From positions 3,248 through 67,247 of the forward strand of contig JAFXZO010000082.1 of NCBI GenBank assembly GCA_017541205.1: a DNA stretch of 64,000 nt, read 5' to 3'. This stretch comes from Clostridia bacterium. Lineage in GTDB: Bacteria; Bacillota; Clostridia; Christensenellales; Aristaeellaceae. The notes below the pieces were generated by a model. The model was given only the letters and a program-made list of their open reading frames with translations, was not told the origin of the DNA and made no database searches. Positions 20,350 to 30,075 of this stretch are shown one piece after another (the stretch's first letter is position 1; every line of letters starts with the position of its first letter). A program made the position numbers and the translations under genes.

Positions 20350-22485
20350 ATGAGCAGGATTTCCTCGGATTATATGGAGCGCGTGTACGCCGGCTGGCTG
20401 GGCAAGATGATCGGCGTCCGCCTGGGCGCGGCGGTGGAGGGCTGGGAATACGAGCGCATCCGGCAGCTTTACGGCGAATTGACGGATTATCCCGCCACAT
20501 ACAAGCATTTTGCCGCCGACGACGATATCAACGGCCCGCTGTTTTTGCTGCGCGCCCTGGAGGACAAGCGGGGCGATACCCTGACGCCCCGGGACGTTGG
20601 CGAAGCGCTGCTCAACTACGCCCCCTTCGAGCACGGGTTTTTCTGGTGGGGCGGCTGGGGCGTATCGACGGAGCACACGGCGTACCTGAACCTGCGCAGG
20701 GGCATTCCCGCGCCCCGCAGCGGCTCGGCGGAGCTGAACACCCTGGCTGTCGCGGAGCAGATCGGGGGGCAGATCTTCGTTGATTCCTGGGGCCTGGTCG
20801 CCCCGGGCGATCCCGCCCTGGCGGCGGACCTGGCGGCCAAGGCCGCTTCCGTCACCCATGACGGCAACGGCGTTTACGGCGGCATGTTCGTCGCCGCGGC
20901 CATCAGCGCCGCTTTCGTGGAACGGGATATCCGAAGGGTGGTCGATATCGCCCTGTCCTTGATTCCCGCCGACTGCGAATATACCCGGGCGGTACGGGCC
21001 GTGCTGGATTTCCACGACAGCCGTCCCGACGCTTCCTGGCGGGACTGCTTCCGCTTCGTCCACGATCATTTCGGCTATGACCGCTATCCGGGCGCGTGCC
21101 ACATCATCCCCAACTGCGCGGTGATGGCGCTGGCCCTGGCGTACGGAAACGGCCGCTTTGACGACACCCTGAACATCTGCAACATGTGCGGCTGGGACAC
21201 GGACTGCAACGTGGGCAACGTGGCCTGCATCATGGGCGTACTGTGCGGCCCGGACGCCATCGACACGGGAAAATGGATCCGGCCCATCAACGATCTGTGC
21301 ATCCGCTCCGGCGTGCTGGGGGACATGAACATCGTCGATATTCCCTACGGCGCGGCGTATATCGCCCGTCTGGCCTACCGCCTGGCCGGCGAAGAGCCGC
21401 CGGAAAGCTGGCAATATATTCTGGGCAGGGGCATCCATGACTGCCACTTTGAATTCCCCAAGAGCACCCATGCCCTGTGCGTCCGCTCCGACGGGCCCGC
21501 GAACACCGCGCACCTCGTCAACACCGACGAGGACGCCCATACCGGGAAAAGGTGCCTCCGGTTTTTCGCCACCAGGCTCCTGGAGGGCCAGCGGTTTTTC
21601 CTGTACAAAAAAACCTACTACTGGAAAGAGGATTTCGACGATTCCCGCTACGATCCGGCGTTTTCCCCCGTCCTGTATCCCGGCCAGACCGTGGAAGGCT
21701 GGCTGCGGGCGCCGGATTACGGAAGCGATACCTGGGGCTGCGCCTACGCGCGGGATTCGAGGCGGGACAAAACGGTGTACGGCGAAAAGGTCCGTCTGCA
21801 AAGCGGCGGGCAATGGCGGAAGGTAGAGGTGCAGATCCCTCCCATGGACGGCGGGCTGATCGACGAAGCGGGCTTTTGCCTGGAAACGCCGGACGAAAAA
21901 ACAAAGAAGGGCTATCAGCTGGTCGTGCTGGCGGACGGCCTGCGCTTCACGGGCCAGCCGGATTATTCCCTGCAATTCAAAAACGAAAAAACGGAAATCT
22001 GGAACGAAAAGCACGTGGAGATCACCCAGCTTTCCCGCATGAAGGGCCGTTCGGAGCTCAAAGACGGCCTGCTGCATATTGCCTGCGAGGACGAGGGCGA
22101 ATGGTACACCGGCTCCTGTGAATGGGAGGATTATACGGCGGCCTTTACCCTGATCCGGGAAAGCGGAAGCCGTCACGAGGCGCTGGTCCGCGTCCAGGGC
22201 GCGATCCGCAGCTATGCCGTGGGCTTTGACGGCGACTTGCTGTGCATACGCAAAAATGACAACGGCCTACGCACCCTGGCGAAAACGCGGTGCCCCGTGC
22301 CCCTGGGCGAAAAAGTATCGCTGAGCGTCGCCGTCCGGGGCGGCAGGATCACCGCGAATTGCGGCGGCGTCTCGCTTTCCTGCGAGGATAAGGAGCATCC
22401 GTACCTGCATGGCGCGGTGGGCGTGGCCGTCCGGGAGGGCAGCACGGCGCTGGTGGAAAGCATTCGGGTGCGGGGAGAAGGATAA
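20350..22485 (+). CDS. ADP-ribosylglycohydrolase-family domain fused to a ~350-aa C-terminal extension
   Basis: The N-terminal ~350 aa carry ARH-like motifs (..AADDDINGPL.., ..GWDTDCNVGNVACIMGVL..). The C-terminal half is beta-rich, and I did not recognise a catalytic motif in it. Confidence 0.8.
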   Translation: MSRISSDYMERVYAGWLGKMIGVRLGAAVEGWEYERIRQLYGELTDYPATYKHFAADDDINGPLFLLRALEDKRGDTLTPRDVGEALLNYAPFEHGFFWWGGWGVSTEHTAYLNLRRGIPAPRSGSAELNTLAVAEQIGGQIFVDSWGLVAPGDPALAADLAAKAASVTHDGNGVYGGMFVAAAISAAFVERDIRRVVDIALSLIPADCEYTRAVRAVLDFHDSRPDASWRDCFRFVHDHFGYDRYPGACHIIPNCAVMALALAYGNGRFDDTLNICNMCGWDTDCNVGNVACIMGVLCGPDAIDTGKWIRPINDLCIRSGVLGDMNIVDIPYGAAYIARLAYRLAGEEPPESWQYILGRGIHDCHFEFPKSTHALCVRSDGPANTAHLVNTDEDAHTGKRCLRFFATRLLEGQRFFLYKKTYYWKEDFDDSRYDPAFSPVLYPGQTVEGWLRAPDYGSDTWGCAYARDSRRDKTVYGEKVRLQSGGQWRKVEVQIPPMDGGLIDEAGFCLETPDEKTKKGYQLVVLADGLRFTGQPDYSLQFKNEKTEIWNEKHVEITQLSRMKGRSELKDGLLHIACEDEGEWYTGSCEWEDYTAAFTLIRESGSRHEALVRVQGAIRSYAVGFDGDLLCIRKNDNGLRTLAKTRCPVPLGEKVSLSVAVRGGRITANCGGVSLSCEDKEHPYLHGAVGVAVREGSTALVESIRVRGEG

Positions 22486-22489
22486 GAAC

Positions 22490-23380
22490 ATGGCAACGAG
22501 CTGGGAAATGTGGAACGGCGCTTTCGCCGTGCCCGCGATCGACGAAATCAGGCGGGCGCTGGCCGGGCAGGCTGTCCGGGCCGCGGAATGGCGCTTTGAG
22601 GAGGGCAGGGCCCGGGTCTGCCTGACGGAAGGCGCGCCCTTGGCCCGCCCGGAGCCGCTCCCGGATCGGGACGGCCTGTTTGCCGCGGTCACGGACGGCG
22701 CGGAATACCCCTATCTTCTCTTTCTGCCCCGGACGTACGATCCCACGCGCCCCTGCCGCACAATGCTGTTTCTGCACGGCATCGGGGAGCGGGGCCGCAA
22801 TCCCCGCGTGCTGGCGAATTTCGGGCCTTTCCAGTATATCCTGGACGGACACGCGGATTTCCCGTGGATCGTGATTGCGCCGCAGCTGGAAGAAAACGAT
22901 CATTGGACCGAAGGCGCGGACGGCGCGGAAGAGGACGATCAGATGATTCGGCTGCTCCGCTTCCTTGAACAGATGCGCGCCGCCTATGCCGTCGATCCCG
23001 GGCGGCTGTGCCTGACCGGGCTCAGCATGGGCGGCAAGGGCGGCTTCAAGCTGTGCTGCTTCGCCCCCGGCCTGTTTTCCGCCGCGGCGCTGTGCTGCGG
23101 AAGGGCGTCCCCGCGGAATGAACCGGAAGCGTTCCTGTATCCGATGGACAGGATGGCCGGCCTTCCGCTGTGGCTGTTTCACGGGACGGAGGACGCCACG
23201 GTTGCGCCCGCGCATTCCATCAGCGCCCTGAACCGATTGAACCGCCTGGACCCCGCCGCGGACCGGCGTTTGACGCTGTATCCCGGCGTCGCCCACGGCA
23301 GCTTCCATATCGCCTACCGCGACGGCAGGCTGTATGGCTGGCTCCGATCCTATACCGACCGGAAAGAAGGGATCCTATGA
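22490..23380 (+). CDS. Alpha/beta-hydrolase esterase
   Basis: Start at MATSWEMW (GGAGAAGG RBS). LFLHGIGERG, nucleophile elbow GLSMGG, ..FHGTEDATV.. Confidence 0.7.
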   Translation: MATSWEMWNGAFAVPAIDEIRRALAGQAVRAAEWRFEEGRARVCLTEGAPLARPEPLPDRDGLFAAVTDGAEYPYLLFLPRTYDPTRPCRTMLFLHGIGERGRNPRVLANFGPFQYILDGHADFPWIVIAPQLEENDHWTEGADGAEEDDQMIRLLRFLEQMRAAYAVDPGRLCLTGLSMGGKGGFKLCCFAPGLFSAAALCCGRASPRNEPEAFLYPMDRMAGLPLWLFHGTEDATVAPAHSISALNRLNRLDPAADRRLTLYPGVAHGSFHIAYRDGRLYGWLRSYTDRKEGIL

Positions 23381-24291
23381 AAGCGCTGGTTTTCGGCTCC
23401 TTGAATATCGACCGCACCTACCGGGTGTCCCATCTGGTGCGCCCGGGCGAAACCATCTCCGCCCAAAGCATGGAATCATTCTGCGGCGGGAAAGGGTTCA
23501 ATCAGGCTGTCGCCCTGCGGCGGGCGGGCCTTGAAACGGCCTTTTCCGGCGCGGTGGGGCAGGACGGCGGCATGCTGCTGGACGCGCTGGACAAAAACGG
23601 CATTGACCGGGAAAACGTGCTGCGCCTGACGCAGAGCACGGGCCACGCCATCATCGAGGTGGATGAAAACGGGCAGAACAGCATCCTGATCCTGGCGGGC
23701 ACGAACGGGCTGATCTCGCGCGAGAGGATCGCGCAGGTGCTTTCGGGCTGCGCCCGGGGCGATTTGCTGGTGGCGCAGAACGAAATATCCAACGTGGATT
23801 TCCTGCTCGGGGAAGCGGCGGCGAAGGGCCTGGTGATCGCCTTCAATCCCTCCCCCTTCAACGAGAAGATCGCCGCCTGCGATTTAGCGGCCGTGGATTA
23901 TCTGCTCATCAACGAAACCGAAGGGCGGGAGCTGACCGGGGAGGAGGAGCCCGGCCGCATCCTGGACGCGCTGTGCGGCCGGTATCCGAAGATGAACGTG
24001 GTTTTGACGCTGGGCGAAAACGGCAGCGTATACCGGGACCGGGAGGGCAAAACCGTTCAGGCGGGCATCTATCCCGTTCAGACGGTGGACACGACGGCGG
24101 CAGGCGATACCTTTACGGGCTTTTTCCTGGAGGCCGTCTGCCGGGGCCAAAGCGCCTCTGCCGCGCTGAAGCGGGCGTCCGTCGCGGCGGGCATCGCGGT
24201 ATCCCGGAAGGGGGCCGAGCCCTCCATCCCCACGGCCCGTGAGGTCGATCAAGCCCTGCGGGCCCTGGAAAAGGAAGGAGCGGCGCCATGA
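23377..24291 (+). CDS. rbsK: Ribokinase (PfkB family)
   Basis: Start at MKALVFGSLNIDR (ATGA overlap with the esterase stop). GGKGFNQAVA, NETE and DTTAAGDTFTG motifs. Confidence 0.8.
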   Translation: MKALVFGSLNIDRTYRVSHLVRPGETISAQSMESFCGGKGFNQAVALRRAGLETAFSGAVGQDGGMLLDALDKNGIDRENVLRLTQSTGHAIIEVDENGQNSILILAGTNGLISRERIAQVLSGCARGDLLVAQNEISNVDFLLGEAAAKGLVIAFNPSPFNEKIAACDLAAVDYLLINETEGRELTGEEEPGRILDALCGRYPKMNVVLTLGENGSVYRDREGKTVQAGIYPVQTVDTTAAGDTFTGFFLEAVCRGQSASAALKRASVAAGIAVSRKGAEPSIPTAREVDQALRALEKEGAAP

Positions 24292-25643
24292 AAACGACTT
24301 TGATCCTTTCCCCCTGCGGCATCCTGGGCTACGGCTTCCCTCTCAAATCCCTGGAAAGCGCCCTGCGGGAACAGCCGGACGCCATCGTGGTGGACGCGGG
24401 CAGCACCGACGCCGGGCCCCACAAATTGGGCGCGGGCACGGCCATCGTGAGCCGCCTGGCGGCAAAAAAGGACCTTTCCGCCCTGATGGACGGCGCGCGG
24501 CGGCTGGGCATTCCCCTGATCGTGGGCTCCGCCGGCGGCTCCGGCGCGCGCAAGCATACCCTGTGGACGCTGGACATCGTGAAGGAAATCTGCCAGGAAA
24601 CGGGCTGGAAGCCAAAGCTCGGCGTGATCTGGGCGGATATTCCCAAAGAAGATATCTGGGCGGCCTGCCAAAGGGGAGACGTGGAAAAAATGTCCCCCAA
24701 CGTGCCGGACATCACGCAGGAAACGCTGGAGGAAACCAACGGCGTGGTGGCGCAGATGGGCGCGGAGCCCATTTTGGAGGCCCTGAGGCAAAAGCCGGAT
24801 ATCCTGATCTGCGGCCGGGCTTACGATCCCGCGCCGTTTGCCGCGGTGGGCATCCTGGCGGGGCACGACCCGGCGCTTTGCTATCATCTGGGCAAGATCC
24901 TGGAGTGCGGCACCCTGTGCGCCGAGCCCGGCACCGCCAAGGACGTGATGCTGGGCCGGCTGGATGATACGGGGTTTGAGGTTTGGGCGGCTGATCCCAG
25001 GCGCAAATGCACGCCTGTTTCCGTGGCGGCGCATACCTTCTATGAAAAGGATCATCCGTATTTGCTCAAGGGCCCCGGCATCCTGCTGGACCTGGAAAAG
25101 TGCCGTTTTGAGCAGGTATCGGAGGGCCGCGTCCGGGTGGAGGGCAGCCGGATATCTTATCCGCCGTACTGCATCAAGCTCGAAGGCGCGCGCAAGGCGG
25201 CGTACCGCACCTTCGTGCTCGCGGGCATCCGGGACCCGCTTTTGATCGGGCAAATGGACAGCGTGGAAGCGGCGGTCGTCCGATCGGTGCGGGAATACTA
25301 TGCCGACATCCCCAAGGACAGCTACCAGATCCGCTTTTCGCACTACGGCCTGGACGGCGTGATGGGCCCGCTGGAGCCCGACCGTACGCTGCCCCACGAA
25401 ATCGGGCTGATGTTCGAGGTGATCGCCGATACCCAGGAAAAGGCCGACGCCATCTGCGCGACCACCCGCTCCGCCTATCTGCATTACGGGTATCCGGGCC
25501 GCAAATCCACGGCGGGCAACCTGGCCTTTCCCTTCGCGCCCAGCGATATTTCCTTTGGCCCGGTATACGTCTTTTCCGTGTACCACCTGATGCGGGTGGA
25601 TTCCCCGACGCGGTATTTCCCGCTGGAATGGCTGGAGGTGTGA
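24288..25643 (+). CDS. AtuA-like (DUF1446) family protein, tentative
   Basis: 451 aa with ATGA overlap to rbsK. It is immediately followed by a DUF4387-like partner, the usual pairing for this family. The assignment is from memory of the family and is not verified. Confidence 0.6.
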   Translation: MKTTLILSPCGILGYGFPLKSLESALREQPDAIVVDAGSTDAGPHKLGAGTAIVSRLAAKKDLSALMDGARRLGIPLIVGSAGGSGARKHTLWTLDIVKEICQETGWKPKLGVIWADIPKEDIWAACQRGDVEKMSPNVPDITQETLEETNGVVAQMGAEPILEALRQKPDILICGRAYDPAPFAAVGILAGHDPALCYHLGKILECGTLCAEPGTAKDVMLGRLDDTGFEVWAADPRRKCTPVSVAAHTFYEKDHPYLLKGPGILLDLEKCRFEQVSEGRVRVEGSRISYPPYCIKLEGARKAAYRTFVLAGIRDPLLIGQMDSVEAAVVRSVREYYADIPKDSYQIRFSHYGLDGVMGPLEPDRTLPHEIGLMFEVIADTQEKADAICATTRSAYLHYGYPGRKSTAGNLAFPFAPSDISFGPVYVFSVYHLMRVDSPTRYFPLEWLEV

Positions 25644-25646
25644 GGC

Positions 25647-25955
25647 ATGAAACTGTTTGAACTGGCGCATGTTTTGCGCTCCAAAAACAGCGGGCCCTTC
25701 GCCGTGACGCTGGATATCCTCTTTGATGATCCCAAAGCGTACGAACGCGTGGTCGGCAGCGGCAGGATCACGCCCGCGTCCGTCGCCGCGCTGTACGGCG
25801 TCCCGCTGGAAGCGATCACCGATTTTGCCCTGTATCCCCCGGGGCTTGGCATCAAGATCACGCTGCTGCGCGGCGTTTCCTCCGGCACGGTGGGGGACCG
25901 CGACGTGTACGGCGCGCAGCAGCACGCGCCGCTGATGGAGCTGGAGATCCCCTGA
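25647..25955 (+). CDS. DUF4387-like small protein
   Basis: 102 aa with ..LRSKNSGPFAVTLDILF.. and ..GDRDVYGAQQHAPL.. signature stretches. GAGGTG RBS. Confidence 0.65.
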   Translation: MKLFELAHVLRSKNSGPFAVTLDILFDDPKAYERVVGSGRITPASVAALYGVPLEAITDFALYPPGLGIKITLLRGVSSGTVGDRDVYGAQQHAPLMELEIP

Positions 25956-26007
25956 ACGCGCCGCCGTCGGGCGGCCATGCACAGCGTTTCGGAAGCAAGG
26001 ATGACAT

Positions 26008-26388
26008 ATGATCGGCATGGAAGAATACAGAAAAATCGTTTCAGAGCTGCTGGATGAACTCCCGGACGCGTTTTTCAGGGAGCTTTCCGGCGGGGTGATC
26101 GTGTCGGAGGAGACCGTGATCCCGCCGTACGCCCATGGGAATGATCTGTATACCATGGGGCTGTACAAGGTTTTTTCCGGCGTCCGCCAGATCATCCTGT
26201 ACAAGGGCTCGTTTGACCGTGCGCACCCGCAGGCGGACGCGGAGCAGACGCGGACGCTCCTGCGCGGCATCCTGCGCCATGAATTCCGCCACCATCTCGA
26301 ATTTTTGAGCGGCATCCATGACGAAACCTCCTTGGAGGCGGAGGATAGACGCGCGAAGCACGCATACCTTGCGCGCTTCAGGAAGTGA
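26008..26388 (+). CDS. Small zincin-like metallopeptidase-family protein (DUF1025-like)
   Basis: 126 aa with a C-terminal HEFRH (HExxH) motif and the family-typical ..LDELPDAFFRELSGGVIV.. N-terminus. Confidence 0.65.
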   Translation: MIGMEEYRKIVSELLDELPDAFFRELSGGVIVSEETVIPPYAHGNDLYTMGLYKVFSGVRQIILYKGSFDRAHPQADAEQTRTLLRGILRHEFRHHLEFLSGIHDETSLEAEDRRAKHAYLARFRK

Positions 26389-26413
26389 ACCGCCTTCACA
26401 GGCAGAAAACGAC

Positions 26414-26477
26414 CCCTCCGCATTGAGCAGGTCTGCCGATGACGGCTTGCCCCATGCGGAGGGTTTTTCTGTGTTTT
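26414..26477 (+). terminator. Putative intrinsic terminator
   Basis: CCCTCCGCA (26414-26422) pairs with TGCGGAGGG (26455-26463), followed by TTTTTCTGTGTTTT. The loop is large. Confidence 0.5.
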
Positions 26478-26613
26478 CGATGGGATCGCGGACAAAAATC
26501 AAAGGACGATGCGGCAGCGCTCCGCCCCGGGAAGGCGGACGGCTTCCTTGCGTTTCATTCCGAATTATGGTAAAATCAAACAAAACAAAGCATATCCATT
26601 CTGCGGAAAGGGC

Positions 26614-26862
26614 GTGAAGGAAACCGTGAAGGACTATATTGAAGCCGTGCTTTCTCCCCGGATCCAGGCGGACGGCGGATGGGTGGAATTCGTTTCTTTG
26701 GAGGGCGAAAACCTGACGCTTTTGTTCCGGGGCGAATGCTCCAAGTGCCTGATCCTGGACCGCTGCGTTTCCTGGATCGCCCAAAAGATAAGGGAAGACC
26801 TGGGGCGCGACGTGCGGATTACGGCGGTGCGGAAAAAACCGTTCTTTTGGGACAGAGCGTAA
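26614..26862 (+). CDS. NifU C-terminal (Nfu-type) Fe-S scaffold domain protein
   Basis: ..IQADGGWVEFVSLEGENLTLLFRGECSKC.. with a CxxC motif. The start is uncertain (GTG 26614 or GTG 26626). The ORF track starts further upstream without an RBS. Confidence 0.6.
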   Translation: MKETVKDYIEAVLSPRIQADGGWVEFVSLEGENLTLLFRGECSKCLILDRCVSWIAQKIREDLGRDVRITAVRKKPFFWDRA

Positions 26863-26880
26863 AAGGAGGGCGATTGACAG

Positions 26881-29865
26881 ATGGCACATGTGAAAGTCGT
26901 GCGCCGTTCCATGCGGCCCGAGGAATGGACGGACCTGCGCTTCGGCTGGCTCCGGCGGGGCATTGTTGAAGAAAAGGAAGAAATCACGGAGCTGACCATC
27001 CTGGACGCCCGGCAGATCTCCGAAAACGAATATGAATACCTGGACGGCGGGGAGAGGCCGCTGAAAAACGGCGACCTGTATTTCACGCCGGACGGCACCG
27101 CGTTCATCAAAGGCCATGCCGTCATTCCGCCTGCGTTCAAAGGGCGGGACGTGTATTTTTTCCTGAAAACCGCGGCGGAAATGATCGTGAAGATCAACGG
27201 GAAATTCGTGGGCGGCATCGACCCCAACCGGGACAGGGTTTTATTGAATCCCTATATCGACCGGGATGAATTATTCATCGAAATCGAAGCCTACAACCGC
27301 TCCAAGCCGGACGACGAGCGCAACGACGCCGTGATCGGCAAGCGCGGCTGCCGCCAGATATTTGAAGGGGCGTACCTGTGCACCATCCGGGAAAACGTGC
27401 AGTCCCTGATCTATGATTATACCCTGCTCATGGACGTCGCCCACAGCGAATACTTTCACGAGGACTACCGGAAATTCCTGTTTTCGGAGCTGAGCCGCGG
27501 CCTGGACAAGATCGATTTCGACACCTGGGAGGGCGTGGACGAGGCGGCGGCCTATATTCAAAAGCATATTTTCGAGAACACCGATTTTAAGGGCAGCGGC
27601 GACGTGGCGCTGGTGGGCCATTCCCACCTGGATATCGCCTATTACTGGCGGCGCATCCACGCGGTGCAGAAAAACGCCCGCACCGTATTGATTCAATTGC
27701 GGTTGATGGACAAATATCCGGAATTCCGCTACACCCACACCCAGGCGTACACCTATGAAACGCTGGAAACATACTATCCGGAGCTGTTTGCGGAGCTCAA
27801 GGAAAAAGTGGCCTCCGGGCAGTTTGAGCCGGTGGGGGCCATGTATATCGAGCCGGACTGCAACGTGCCCGCCGCCGAAAGCCTGATCCGCCAGTTTTTG
27901 TACGGCCAGCATTATTTCCGGGAAAAGTTCGGCCAAACGGTGGACAACGCCTGGCTGCCGGATGTGTTCGGCAACAGCTGGATCATGCCCCAGATCATGA
28001 AAAAATCCAAAGTGGATTACTTCGTATCCAACAAAATGTCCACCTGGAACGACACCAACCGCTTCCCCCACAACAATTTCATCTGGAAGGGCATCGACGG
28101 GAGCCGGGTCTATGCCTGCGTGCCGCCCACGCACTTCATCACCTGGAACATGCCCAGCCAGATCCAGGAAAACTGGGAAGCCTACCAGGACAAGGAAACC
28201 GGCGGGCAGACCCTGTCCATGTACGGCTACGGTGACGGCGGCAGCGGCGTGACGGAAGAAATGCTGGAAATGGCGCGGCGGTTTGATAAGCTGTCCGTCA
28301 TGCCCAAGACGGAAATGACCGGCGGGGCGGACTTCCTGCATAAGAATTTGAAGGACAATAAGAAGCTAACTGTCTGGGATGGGGAATTGTATCTGGAGAT
28401 GCACCGGGGCACGTTCACCACCAAAGCCAACCTGAAAAAAATGAACCGCCTGCTCGAATTCAAGCTGCGGGAAGCGGAAATGCTCTGCGCCTTCGCCGCC
28501 TGGAGGGGTGCGGACTATCCCGCCGATGAATTGCGGGCCTGCTGGAAAAAGCTGCTGCTGAACCAATTCCACGACATCCTGCCCGGCTCCCACATCCATC
28601 CCGTGTACGAGGACGCCATGGCGGATTACATGGAGATCGGCCGGAGGCTGGACGCGATTTTGGCAAAGTACGCCGCCGATACCTGGTTCAATTCCCTGCC
28701 CTTTGAACGGGACATGCTCACCTTCATTCCCGACGAAAACGGCCCCGTCGTCCGGGAAGGCGTGAAGGGCTTCTGGGCGCGGCCGCATCTGCCCGGCCTG
28801 ACCGCCGGCGGGGCGGAACCGCTGGCGGGCGGGGACAACTGGCTGTCCATCTCCCCTTTGCTTCATGAAGGCGATTTGCTCATCGTTACGCCCCTGTACC
28901 GCCTGTGCCTGCATAAAGACGGCAGCATTTCCGGCTGGTGGGAGAAAGATGGGAGCCGTCAGTGGGTGCGGGACGATCACCGCTTGAACAAGCTGCACCT
29001 GTGGGCCGACAATCCCGGCATGTACGACGCCTGGGACATCCTGCCCAACTATAAGGACGTGGAAATCGATCTGCCGATTAAAGAAAAAACCCGCCTGACT
29101 TATCAGGACGGGGTTTCCGCGGAATTCACGGTGGATTTCGCCACGGAAAAGAGCACCTGGCGCATGATCGTCCGGCTGTTCAGGGACAGCCGGGAAATCG
29201 AAGTGGAGCACATCGCGGACTGGCAGGAAAAGCACCGGCTGATGAAGGTGAATTTCGGCCCCAATATCCTCACCCGGGAGCTCATCTGCGATACCAGCGC
29301 GGGCTTCGTCAAGCGTCCCCTGACGAAAAACACCACCTGGGAGCAGGCCCGTTTCGAGGTCTGCCACCACAAGTGGTTCGATCTAAGCGAAACCGGCGCG
29401 GGGGTGGCGGTCATCAACAGCGGCAAGTACGGCGTGGGCATCGAGGACGGCGAAGTGAGCCTGAGCCTGCTGCGCTCCACCATCCGGCCCGACATCACCA
29501 GCGACATGGGACGGCATCATATCAAATACCTGATCGTGCCCCACGGGGGCGACGCCGTGCAGGCGGGCATCAACCGCCTGGCCTTCGCCTATAACGTGCC
29601 GCTTGCCAAGGCCGCGCCGGCGCTTCCCGAAGCGTGGCGCAAGGCCCTTTGCGAAAGCGGCCTGTGGCTGCAGAGCGTGAAGGTATCCGAGGATGGGAAA
29701 TACCTGGTGCTGCGCATGAGCGAACAGGACGGCAGGCGCGCCTTGGTCCGCTTCCCCCAGGGCGTATATGCGATGAATATGTTAGAGGACGCGGACGGAG
29801 AACCCTTCGACGCAAAATATGTATCGCCCTTTGAAATCGTGACCGTGGGCATCCCGTTGCTTTGA
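26881..29865 (+). CDS. GH38 alpha-mannosidase
   Basis: 994 aa. GHSHLDIAYYW, ..FEPVGAMYIEPDCNVP.. and ..WLPDVFG.. are classic GH38 N-terminal catalytic-domain motifs. AAGGAGG RBS. Confidence 0.9.
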   Translation: MAHVKVVRRSMRPEEWTDLRFGWLRRGIVEEKEEITELTILDARQISENEYEYLDGGERPLKNGDLYFTPDGTAFIKGHAVIPPAFKGRDVYFFLKTAAEMIVKINGKFVGGIDPNRDRVLLNPYIDRDELFIEIEAYNRSKPDDERNDAVIGKRGCRQIFEGAYLCTIRENVQSLIYDYTLLMDVAHSEYFHEDYRKFLFSELSRGLDKIDFDTWEGVDEAAAYIQKHIFENTDFKGSGDVALVGHSHLDIAYYWRRIHAVQKNARTVLIQLRLMDKYPEFRYTHTQAYTYETLETYYPELFAELKEKVASGQFEPVGAMYIEPDCNVPAAESLIRQFLYGQHYFREKFGQTVDNAWLPDVFGNSWIMPQIMKKSKVDYFVSNKMSTWNDTNRFPHNNFIWKGIDGSRVYACVPPTHFITWNMPSQIQENWEAYQDKETGGQTLSMYGYGDGGSGVTEEMLEMARRFDKLSVMPKTEMTGGADFLHKNLKDNKKLTVWDGELYLEMHRGTFTTKANLKKMNRLLEFKLREAEMLCAFAAWRGADYPADELRACWKKLLLNQFHDILPGSHIHPVYEDAMADYMEIGRRLDAILAKYAADTWFNSLPFERDMLTFIPDENGPVVREGVKGFWARPHLPGLTAGGAEPLAGGDNWLSISPLLHEGDLLIVTPLYRLCLHKDGSISGWWEKDGSRQWVRDDHRLNKLHLWADNPGMYDAWDILPNYKDVEIDLPIKEKTRLTYQDGVSAEFTVDFATEKSTWRMIVRLFRDSREIEVEHIADWQEKHRLMKVNFGPNILTRELICDTSAGFVKRPLTKNTTWEQARFEVCHHKWFDLSETGAGVAVINSGKYGVGIEDGEVSLSLLRSTIRPDITSDMGRHHIKYLIVPHGGDAVQAGINRLAFAYNVPLAKAAPALPEAWRKALCESGLWLQSVKVSEDGKYLVLRMSEQDGRRALVRFPQGVYAMNMLEDADGEPFDAKYVSPFEIVTVGIPLL

Positions 29866-30075
29866 AACGGGCGCGGCGGGGCCGTTCACACCCATCCCCA
29901 CCCCCAATGCAGCCCTGTGCCGTCCGGCAGGTTCAGCTGCTCGGCGGAGGGGGAAAGCGCATCGCGGCGCCTTCCGGCCTGCCCCATGGCACGGCCTGCC
30001 TGGAAAAAGGCGCGCTGCCGGATATCTTTACGCCGATGCGCGAGGATTTCCCGACAAAGCGAGCGTGCGCCCGGC

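Noticed and set aside
19093-22176. 1027-aa ORF on the minus strand, the longest ORF in the track
   Set aside because: It is antisense to two genes with clear ADP-ribosylglycohydrolase motifs. Its translation is Ala/Arg/Gly/Pro-rich low-complexity sequence, typical of stop-poor antisense frames in GC-rich DNA. It has no RBS and no recognisable domain.
24249-26495. 748-aa minus-strand ORF
   Set aside because: It spans the opposite strand of three separate well-supported plus-strand genes and an intergenic terminator. It has no RBS.
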